Position numbers and translations under genes: made by a program. DNA of 64,000 nucleotides, taken from Octopus bimaculoides. Taxonomy: Eukaryota. The DNA lies in assembly GCF_001194135.2 (NCBI RefSeq), contig NC_068986.1, positions 57,301,591 through 57,365,590 on the forward strand, read 5' to 3'. Every line of letters starts with the position of its first letter. Positions within the stretch are counted from its first letter, which is position 1. The notes beneath the pieces were generated by a model, which was not told where the DNA came from, did no database searches, and worked only from the letters and a program-made list of their open reading frames with translations. Positions 53,436 to 64,000 of this stretch are shown piece by piece.

Positions 53436-54119
53436 TAATTAAGGGTAAACCACCGGACACACCATAACTTATTCCAATGACGCTTTATCAATTTTTCATA
53501 CTCGTAAAACACTGCCTATATTTTCTGTGCAGTTAATTATCTCCCCTTTATTGCTCTTTATATTTTTTTTAAATACGCGTGCTCATTCAAACCTCGATTA
53601 CATCGAACGCAAGGCGCTTTATGTTTTAAACACTGCCCTATTGGAAGGCTCGAAACCATGATGATAGTTATTAGGCAGCTGAAGATGAATGTATACGTTT
53701 GATACTTTTTTTCATATTTTGTCGACTATGAACTATTTGAATTTTGGCTTCTCGTGCTTCAAATTTATACTTCATCGAAATAAATTCTAGTTCTCTTAAC
53801 ATAAGGCTTGTACTCTGTCATAGGAACCTAGTTTGTCGGATATATGAGCCCGATGAGGTAGATTTCCGTGACTAATCTACGGAACTGATAGTTGCATGGG
53901 CCGAACCCTACTGTCTAAAAATATGATAAATGTAACTCTTTGTAAATGTGTTGAGTATCTCTTTCGAGTGTCCTCTCACTCGTGCGTATATGTGTGTGTG
54001 TGCGTGTATGTGTGTATGTATGTGTGCATGTGTGTTTGTGTGCGTGTGTGCGTGTGTGTGTGTGTGCGTGTGTGCGCGCGTGTGTGTGTGTGCGTTTGTG
54101 TGTATGAGTGCGTGTGTAT

Positions 54120-54475
54120 GTGTGTGGCTGTGTGGGAAGAAGCTTGCTTCCTAACCACATGGTACCAGGTTCAGTCCAACTGCGTGGCACCTTAGACATG
54201 TGTCTTCTACTATAGCCTCAGGCCGACCAAAGCCTTATGAGTGGATTTGGTAGACGGAAACTAAAAGAATCCCATCTCTTGACACACGATGTTGGTGTGT
54301 TTACGCCCCCCCGTAACTTAGCGGTTCATCAAAAGGGACCGATAAAATAAGATCTAGGCTTACAAAGAATAAGTCCTGATATCGATTTGTTCGACTAAAA
54401 CGATTTAAGGCGTTGCTCCAGCATGTTCGCAGTCAAATGACTGAATCAGGAAAAGAATAAAAGAATAAAAGAATG
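54120..54475 (+). mobile_element. SINE family B, full length, internal microsatellite deleted
   Basis: gtggctgtgtgggaagaagcttgc...ggttcagtccaactgcgtggcacc...gcagtcaaatgactgaa, with an (aaagaata)n tail. Confidence 0.88.
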
Positions 54476-55164
54476 TATCTTGCATCAACTTTTGAAGCTG
54501 TCAAATACCCAGTGAACGAAAGACATCACATGGTGACTTCTTTGAGAAGTGCTATATGTTTGTCACTGAATATTCTGGAGAGAGTACAATGGTGGTGCCC
54601 CCCCCCCCTTCATGCCATCACTCGATGTTTTTATTAGTTTTTAAGACTCCATCTTATCGTCTATAGCAAATTCTGAGAGAACGCCTAGGTGAAAGAAAGA
54701 CTGAGAGAGAGAAGAAAGAACTATTAATCCTAAAATTGCCTCATTCTCTTTGTAGGCCCTCGAAAAGAAAAGTTGAAGAAAATCCAGTTACATTGGGTAC
54801 ATTGGGATGGAATTCCTATAAGAAAACATGACTGTAGACGATCAAAAGCGGTCTTCTATAATGAATTTGAAAATGGAAGATGTATTGTTCATCAACTTGT
54901 AAAAGCATCAAATATACCCTGACTGCAGTATTAAAAGATTGATTTTCAATCACTCCAGCTTCATGGAAGAATCTTGCCGAAGACATGACCACATGGACGG
55001 AAAATACCACAAGGGATTCTTATTTATGAGTCAGCATAGCAAAGTCCAAGAAGAAATTCGTAAATCGTACCCTAACAATTCTTGTATAAGTGAACGTCGC
55101 TATGCAGTCTCTGGCAAAGTTCTCTTTGTTTTTTTGTTTCAAAAAAAAAAAAAAAGAAAAAGAC

Positions 55165-55440
55165 TGACCACTCATTCAAATTCCTTTAGAAATAGGGGAA
55201 AAAATGATGCAAGCCTATGTAAACTAATTTGGTCATTTAAAGACAAAAACAATAGCTATTCTATCAATTGGGAACTAATTAGTACTGCTGAGCCTTATCG
55301 AGTAGGGGGAAATAGATGCGACCTGTGCTTAGGGTAGCTTTACCAAATATTGACATCAAAACACGCATCAATTAATGCAAGACACGAACAAGCCCTTAGA
55401 TGTTTTCACAAACACGGTCGGACCTTTAAGAGGTACAAAG
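55165..55440 (+). mobile_element. PLE GIY-YIG endonuclease C-terminal relic
   Basis: RLTTHSNSFRNRGKNDASLCKLIWSFKDKNNSYSINWELISTAEPYRVGGNRCDLCLG*; same motif series as 13390-13680. Confidence 0.8.
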
Positions 55441-58143
55441 ATAATCCATTCCAGATAGCCAACGCCCCAGCAACAATTGGGCTTGATATAACAGAGAGCA
55501 ATATAGCCTAAACATAAAAATATTTAAGAGCCATCATTAATAAAAAAAAAAACACCCTACATAATGTACAACACAAATAATAAGCAGCCCAACCCCATAA
55601 TGAATATAAACAACCAAGCACTTCACTCGAAGTGAAATAGAGTACACACAACCATTAAAACGAACAAAAACAGCAATCTCGACCTTAACCTATTTTACGA
55701 ATAAGCCCTAAACTTGGACAGCAACTGGGATGAAGTTGAGGTCAGCAGTACATACCTACATATATATTTCAGTAGCGTGTAACTCTGTTCGCATCAAAAC
55801 GAATCCAGCTTAACTATAAGATCATACTTAACACCATGTATTGTACAATATTTTCCTTTCGTTCACACACTTTAACATTTGTAATTATCTTTACTGTTAT
55901 ATCAAAATGAGTCTAATTTCTGTTCTTACTTTTTATTTTTCAACAAATGGATGCAAGCAGCCTGCAGTCAATTCTACTTAAAGCTATCATATTAACTACA
56001 CATTGATCACCACGAAAAACGTTATTAACAACGTCTCTATCTAATTTCACCCAAACATCTTTTAATTTTCATAACTCTGATATTTGGCATGTACTTTCCT
56101 TTCTCTGCTTCCTCTCAAAAGTATATAACTTCATCAGAACTCAGTCATGTAATTTGAAAACGGTTAAAGTTGTTATTTGTTAATGCACACAAACCTACAT
56201 ACGTATACATGTATACATGTACTCACACATGCATATATGTATACATACCTGTTATTCTTATATATATATGTATGTGTATGTGTTTGAGTGTGCGCGCGCG
56301 CATTGGATACTCAGACAAATCTATTCAAATACAGTAGTTAAATTTACGGCAAAAAGTAAAAGTTGTTAACAAGAGTATGTAATAATTTTCTGAGGGGTTC
56401 CATTGCGTGTTTTGCGCAGCCGACATGCATATCCAATAAAAGTAAGTACACACATAAAAGACGAATTAAAACCCCTTTGAAATTTGCTTAGAACTAACGG
56501 GAAAAAAAGTCAAAACTATCTAGACGCTTCAATTCACTTGCAAAAAAAAAAAAATGAATAGAAAAAATTGTCAGAGAGACGGAAGATCTGGTACGGCTCT
56601 CTCATATCATCATAAAACAGATGTGATGCGAATTATGCTAAATGTCATTTTTAACATCATTTATCTTTGACTGAAGAATAAGTAATTTGTGATATGATAT
56701 TTACCGACCATCGATGGATGATATATACATAGAAACAGTGAAGATGACAGAAAAAAGTATCAGAAAAAAATTGAAGATGGTTACATACGTTTGGTGACAA
56801 CTAAAGCATCAGTTATTTTAAATGGGTATCTTAAAAGATTAAGAAAACATTATCTTTCTTAAATATAATTTATTTTCTTGTTTATTTTAAGAAGAATAGT
56901 CATTGAATTCAACTTATACTCTGCTTTAGTGCGGCGTAAGTCGTTAACTCCAGTGTCTAAAGTAGTTAAAAACGTAATATCTCTTGACAATTCCTTTAAA
57001 TATTATGATTTATGTGTATTCTCAACGTCTGAGCGCAAAGAAGAAAAAAAAACCACTCGTACAGCATCAAAAGACATTAAACTGTTAAGTAAAAGTAATC
57101 ATTTTTACAGCTCCAAATGCTGAACTGTTACTCATGATATGCCATACGTCTGCATTAATGTTATATTGCTCTGAGTAAAATCTATTTATCAAAGACGTGT
57201 GTGTATGTATGTATGTATGTATTATGTATACACAAACTAAAAACAAACATATAAATATTTCTTAAACATACTTTACATAACATATTCAATATACTGCTGA
57301 TTATACTTTAATCTTCAATAACATTCGTCTTACTTTCACTTTAGTACGATGTATTTCACTTTTATAGAACCATGAATTGTTTCTGAAGTCATTTATTTTC
57401 TAATTCCACTTAGTAAATTTGTCTGTGGGGTGGAGTGGAGAAAAACAAACTTGTAAATGTTGTCATCCTTCAGAACCTACAACGATGTTCTCTTGAACAC
57501 CTAATTGTAATGATCATCAAAGCTCTAGTTATATTTTCCTTGCTTATATTTTCAGATGATCTTCTTTCTTAGATATCTATTAAATATCTATTAAATATCT
57601 GTAAAATATCGTTATAACTCCGGAATATAAACATAAAATAAAATATTTGTAACTCAACACGACAGGAAGTATCGTTGATTATAGTTCTCATTTAACCTTT
57701 AATTTCATTCATTTAATGATGTTTCGGTGAAGATTTAATGTATATTGAATTTCGAAGTTTTCTGAATTATAGAGAGGTGAGAGACTGTCTTATGGCCATT
57801 AAGATCTTTACAAGTGAAACAAGAGATACAAAATCTTCTAATTCGACATCTTGTCATATCTAATAATTTAAATTAAATTTAGCTGCAGAACGCTTCGCAT
57901 TTAATACATCAAATGTATTAATGCTGTTAAACCAAGCGTTTAGTACTTAATACACTGATGGAAAAGATTTGAATGTATTGAAGGTTTCATTTGTTCTTAA
58001 TATGAGTAATTACACTACGAAATGAGATATAATACTGGGCTTTTAAAATATTTATCGGAATTAACAATTAAACTGTACCTTAGATTTATAAATGATATCA
58101 GTTTCCAGGACATTATGCCAATTACTTCTATATGATTCTCAAA

Positions 58144-58201
58144 TCTTAAGCTGATGAAACGGAAGCTTATGCTTACTCCAATCGAAAGATTGTCTATGAG
58201 A
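58144..58201 (+). ncRNA. Hammerhead-like motif with intact core nucleotides but weak stems
   Basis: tcttaag-CTGATGA-aacggaagcttatgcttactccaatc-GAAA-gatt-GTC-tatgaga; stem I has 6 of 7 pairs (2 G.U), and stem III has a G.G mismatch. Confidence 0.3.
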
Positions 58202-58249
58202 CATACTAAACCATACCAAATTTGTTTCTATATATGATATATGTATGTA

Positions 58250-58284
<35 letters not shown>

Positions 58285-58289
58285 AAATA

Positions 58290-59035
58290 GTAAATGAGTA
58301 TATGCATATATACGTACAGGTATGTGCATACCGACATCCACCTGTATGTATAGGTGCATATCTGGGTACAGGAAATTACAAACAAAACAGAGACGAGAAA
58401 ACACACAAGCCACATATAGAAAAATCTACTTCATCAGCTACCTCCGTTTTAACACCGGCGTTTCGAAGAGCTAGGCAGGACGCATCGTTAAAACAGCTCT
58501 TCCCATGGACCGCAAATTAAATTTGTATACACAAATTAAATCTTGCCATGGAGGAATGTTGTGGCGGACAAGAAACAAGACAGGAAAACAAACAGAAAAG
58601 GCTTTACGGCTAGACGAGAAAAATTGTTTGTGTGTGAACGCTGTGAGGCACGAACTTGAACGTAGGGACGAAATGGTCGTGTGTTTGCTCGGCGACAGCC
58701 AAGGAAGAAAAGGAATATTGACCGGAAGCATGTGACCATGCCGGTGTAAGGGGAAGAGAGAGAGTGGCAGAGGGAGAAACAAAGGGAGGAAGTAGAAGAA
58801 TAGGTGAGCAACGAAAGGAAAAGAGAAAGAGAGGAAGTACGAGGGGGAAAAAGAGATACGTAGTAGTAACAGAGGAAGAACGAGAGGGGTAAAGCGAGAT
58901 ACGTAGTAGTAAAGAGGAAGAACGAGGGGGGGAAAAATGATAGAGGAAGAGAAAGAGAAAGAGATAGAGTAGCGTCGGAAAATATGAAGTTACGAAAAAC
59001 TACTTACAATTGGAGACGCTGCGTTCAATCATGTA
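58290..59035 (-). mobile_element. Family D repeat, copy C (apparently full length)
   Basis: Reverse complement of copies A and B; includes a GA-rich tract with a 43-bp internal tandem unit at about 58830-58931. Confidence 0.75.
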
Positions 59036-59486
59036 AAAACAAATAGTAAGTATGTATGTATGTATGTATGTATGTAATTAGTAAACAATAATATGAAATG
59101 TCGCAGTCAGCATTTGTAACGATAAAAATGTGTTATTATAACGAACGGTATGTTGTGGGATATGAAAATGAACAATGCATGAAGTTTTAAGGAAATATTT
59201 ATTATCCGTTACGTTACAATACCTTGCCGCGACAGGCAGGTTATGATAAATCCCAAAAAACATGCGAAGTAAAGTTTGTGTTTGTGTTCTCTTCATTGTT
59301 TAATAGTAATTACAGAGAGAGATAGAGTGATGTTGTAAGAGAAGAGAATTAGAGCTAGTGAGAGATGTAGGGTTGTTGGACGTTGTCTCACAGTTGCTGA
59401 CAGTAAACTTCAATTCTCCCTGTGACCGAGATTCTAGCTGGTCAGCCAGACTTCGTTCTCACTGAGTTGTCCCCGAAGTGACTAAC

Positions 59487-59586
59487 TGTCTTTTGCTTGC
59501 GGGTTCTTGTTTTTATAATTATCCAGAAGGATAGACATATCGTTGAGAACACTGGGCTTCGTTGGTGGTACTGTGATATCTCTATT
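59487..59586 (-). CDS. Candidate internal coding exon (100 bp): NRDITVPPTKPSVLNDMSILLDNYKNKNPQAKD(x)
   Basis: Pyrimidine-rich acceptor (cttcttctacttcaccaaacctag|) and an a|gttagt donor; open frame with phase 0 start and phase 1 end, compatible with the 4565 exon. Confidence 0.4.
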
Positions 59587-62222
59587 CTAGGTTTGGTGAA
59601 GTAGAAGAAGTTATAAGGGTCGAGTGGTGAAGACATTATTTCAGCCTAGCTAAAGGCAATCTGACAAATGTAAAACTGTTTTCAGAGAAAAACCATTGTT
59701 CCACCGTGAGCAAAGTTCTGTTGAACTGTTAATTTAAATTTGGCTATGAAGGATCGAATCCACTTCATGCTTTCAAGATTCACTACATAATGTATATATA
59801 TATACACATAAATACGCGCACACAGCATAGACATAAGTATGCATATATGTACATACATACATACATACACACATGTCAAGACGATTCAGTTCACCAGACT
59901 CCTTTACGCTTCCCTATCCTTCGACATCTGTTTTTTGGTGGTGGCGGGTCTTTTCTCGGTTTTTGTTTCACATCAACTATTGCACGTTTGTTGGACAAAA
60001 TCTGAAGGTATTCTTACACACTCTAAAGCGAAATGGGACGACTATTTGTGTGTTGAAATTGAAAATGGAAATGAATAGAGTGAGATTTTGTTAGGTAAGT
60101 AGTTAAGTATCGATCTATTCTGCCGTACGAAAACGATTATAGAAAAGTATAGGCGTAAAAATATCTGTATTTTATTACAAACTACAGAAATGAAATGTGT
60201 CTCTTTATGAATTAACTTTCAGATTTAAAATGGAGAGTACATATGACTGAGCCCTTTCTTCATGTGGTCGTATCCTCTAGTATTTGGGGTGACACTTGTT
60301 GAAATATCGTTATTCAATAAAGATCTCTGACCTGACATTTAAATATTTTGGAGATTAATTGTTATTTTGGGGTGGTGGTGGATAAAAGGCTATTTTGATG
60401 TATGTATCACTCACAATGTCTTGTCCCGTATCTGTATAATCTGAAATTACGAGTATATTCTGTCGAAATGTCAGGCATAAATGGTAAATGGATAGTTTTG
60501 CTGCATTATTTCATACATTGGAATACAAAACTAAGTGTGCACCAGTTATAAGATTTACGATTAAAAACGTGCAAAAAAGTCAGTTTATTATCTGCAGATA
60601 TATAATGTCAATTTACCGAGTTTATTTCCCCCCCCTTTTTGATTTCTATTTTTCTTGCCATTTACTGTCTTTCTTCAGCCATCTTATAACTCATTTTCTC
60701 GTTTATATTTTTGTGTGTTTGTGATTTTTTTTTCTCTCATTCATCGTAAACAGTTTATTCTAATAAAGCAGTGTATGCACAAATCATCAAATGTTCGAAG
60801 AAGAATATACAGATACACATATTTATGTAAGTATACACACATTTATATTTGTATACATACATAAATTCATACAATATATCTGTGTGTGTGTGTGTGTGTA
60901 CCTCAGTGTGTGTGTACCTCTGTGTGTGTGTACCTGTGTGCATGTACGTGGATTTGTATATGTGCGCGTGTGTCTGTTGGAACGAGACGTTAAAATAAAA
61001 GTGGAAAAACATACTTTAAATCCGAAAAAATAGGTAAAGAAATATAGAATCTATATAATAAAAAGAAACTGTAATGATTGGCAAGCATAAATATTTATTT
61101 ACATGCCTGCACGATCGCTCAAAGATGATATAAAGAATGTAATATTGATCCATTATGGAAGGGTAACATAATAATATCCGATAAAATGCGACGATTATAT
61201 TTATAAATTATTGATTCATTATTAGTGAGATTCCTTTTTTATTTTTTCTAAGATGTATTGACAATCTAGTATAATTTTGCTTGAGTCAAGATATGACCCG
61301 CTATGTTGTTGCCCTACATGCTAGAAATAGCAGCCAAATGCTTTCAGTACGCATCCTGCCGTCTCAAAATGAACTAAATGAAACTGGTAATGTGGCTTTA
61401 GATATACACTATGAGCAGATGGGCAGGACTAGAATCCAGTTGACATATGCTTTTTCTGATCAGGATTGATATGGAACTAAATAACAGTAAGAACATATAC
61501 TGGTAGTTAACATACCTAGATTAAGTTATAAATCTAAGGCCGAAATGTCCGCGATTCGTGTGCCATCTTTTTCTGTATTTCATGTCTGTATTTACTGGTT
61601 TCATCTTTTCAGATTTAAGTAGCTTGCATATCTATTCTATATTGTGCTACCAGGGCAATGACAATTTTACAATCAGGACTTTCAAATTTTTGCCAAGTGA
61701 TATGATATTATATCCAAATGTTGCTTCGTTATTGCAAGGGATATGGGAGCAACCGCTTATTTCAAATCCAACGATACATTCGAGTCATTAGTACCATTCA
61801 GTAGTATGCGTCTCGGTTTTCCTTTCTTTACCCACTTGTATTGACTTTTCTTACTTTCTATGTGCAATTTATTGTTGAGGGTCATTGCTTTGACGCGCTG
61901 CTTCATTGTTGACAGGATGCACAAGCAAAGGTACCTATGAGTTAGTTATACAGATAGGTATTCTCTGCAAGAATACATAGGTACGCTTCTGGTTTAATTC
62001 ACCTAACCATAAATGAATTACATGAGCTTGTACACGACACAAACCGTGAACGTATGATGGTCAAATGACTGTTTAGAATAATAATATCCAAAATATTTTT
62101 TCATCTTTCTCTAATCTCTTTGTTAAAGAATTCCAAATATTTCCTCATAACTCTGTAATCGAATGTATCACAACAGCCTAGATATTGAAAGTAAACGAGG
62201 TTATAATTATCTCATTCGTAAT

Positions 62223-62434
62223 GGCGGCGAGCTGGAAGGATCTTTAGTATGCAGGGCAAAATGCTTAGCGACATTTCCTCCATCTTTACATTCTGTGTTC
62301 AGATTCCGCCGAGGTCGACTTTGTCTTTCATCCTTCGGGGTCGATAAAATAAGTACCAGTTGAACACTGGGTTCGAAATAATCGACTTAGCCACTCTCCC
62401 AAACTTATTGGCCTGGCACCAGAACTTTGAAACC
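62223..62434 (+). mobile_element. SINE family A, full length, with an 18-bp target-site duplication
   Basis: Flanked by aattatctcattcgtaat (62205-62222) and aattatctcattcataat (62435-62452), 1 mismatch. Confidence 0.9.
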
Positions 62435-62819
62435 AATTATCTCATTCATAATCTGAGAAGTAACTAGCGAATCTGAGTCACATCTTCAGGGAAAAGAAAA
62501 TGTTATGTTGTTTTTGAAATACTATGAAAACGTGAAAGAATTTCAATAGGAACTTCAAACCAAACATTATGCAGAATATCTTCTTTGCCACTTATTTGAT
62601 GCGTATTTATACATAATTTTACCTACCTCTATGGGTAGACAGTAGAACGGAAGAAAGACGCTGAAATCATTGACTAATGTGTAATATATTTAGATACATA
62701 TGTTTGTATGTATCTACCTATGTATGCATTTACGTTTGTATGTAGGTATGTATGTATAAAGAAAAAAGAGAGGGAATGGATAAAGTGGAACAGAGTAATA
62801 TTTAAAAGGAAAATAAACA

Positions 62820-62920
62820 AGGTATGTGTATGCATTTACAGACACACACGCATATGTATATATATATATACATATATAGACATATATGTATATATGCATA
62901 TATATATACACACATATATG

Positions 62921-63006
<86 letters not shown>

Positions 63007-63112
63007 CATACATACACAAAAGAACATACATTGCGCATTAAATGATGATTTTAGCATATTCTCCAGTTTTAACACGTAACTATGTATGTAGCTATTAATA
63101 TCTGTACATATG

Positions 63113-63182
<70 letters not shown>

Positions 63183-63260
63183 CATGCAGAGGCGTGAATG
63201 TCTGTGCGTGCATGTGTGCGCGTGTGCGTGTGTCTGCGAGTCTGCGTTTGTAAGTGTGTA
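62820..63260. repeat. Compound (TA)n/(TG)n microsatellite field
   Basis: Direct reading. Confidence 0.9.
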
Positions 63261-63683
63261 CATTTCTTTTTATAGTTAAATTATTTCCTAATAACTTGTG
63301 TTATTTCATATTTTTTCTTTTCCCTCAGTCTGTCTAGGAAATTTGATATTCTTCATGTTGACTTAATCTTTCAAAGTAAGTGGCATCGTCATATTTTTCC
63401 TCATATTCAACTTAATACTTATTCCTTTCTTTTTATTTTAATCTAGTTCTGCTCTTTGATCTGAAGTAAGGCTTTGAATTATTATTGCTGTTATTATTAT
63501 TTTACTTTTCCACTTGGCAAAAGAAATCCTATGTACATCCTTTTTTGCAGATTTTGGCTCTCTTACTCTCGGAATTGAATGATATTTTAAGAGAGGAATG
63601 CTTATCACTACTTCATATTTTATTTTCTCTTTATATATAACAATATATAACTATCTGCATGTATGTATGTATGTATGTATGTA

Positions 63684-63715
<32 letters not shown>

Positions 63716-64000
63716 CACACAAACATACTAACATAAAATTACAAAATTATTCTCGGTGCAACGTATAATTAAAGAACTTGTGTTATCATACTCACTTTAG
63801 ATAACAAATGAGTTCGTGAAAATCAAGTATTATGCCACGGATTTGAACTTAGAACATTTAGGGAAGTAACATACATAGACTTCAGTTGCTCAGAAATATT
63901 CATAAACATGGGTGCGTTCATGTCTATCTATCTATCTATCTATCTAACTACATGCTTGTGTATATATTTATATGTACAAATATATATATATATATATATA

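Noticed and set aside
54939-55160. N-terminal half of the 132-aa ORF as a host-gene fusion with a GIY-YIG domain
   Set aside because: The upstream part is unrelated sequence joined through a poly-A run; only the C-terminal part is PLE-like, and it ends at a premature stop.

Overview
AT-rich eukaryotic DNA from a gapped short-read assembly (16 N-runs, most flanked by microsatellites). The SINE families and microsatellite load point to an octopod cephalopod, most likely Octopus; this is recognition from memory, not a database result. The window looks like intronic or intergenic DNA. It holds three tRNA-derived SINE families; a full-length decayed mariner (DD34D type); a near full-length Tc1 (DD34E type); an internally deleted maT-like (DD37D) element; hAT MITEs; five Penelope-like element (PLE) RT or GIY-YIG relics; the 3' part of an R4/Dong-like LINE with a restriction-like endonuclease; and a decayed CCHC-knuckle ORF. 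Two candidate minus-strand exons (59586-59487 and 4565-4435) join in frame across about 55 kb, but I cannot name the protein. Almost all ORFs in the supplied track are microsatellite or N-gap artefacts. There is no CRISPR array, rRNA, intact tRNA or intact transposase. I cannot establish a new biological system from sequence alone. The best leads are: an 86-bp-arm hairpin at 29.5 kb with biased mismatches; several hammerhead-ribozyme-like relics, one at the expected PLE position; a three-copy non-coding element carrying hammerhead-core boxes; a composite locally templated insertion at 33.7-34.1 kb; and a LINE flanked by (TACA)n on both sides.
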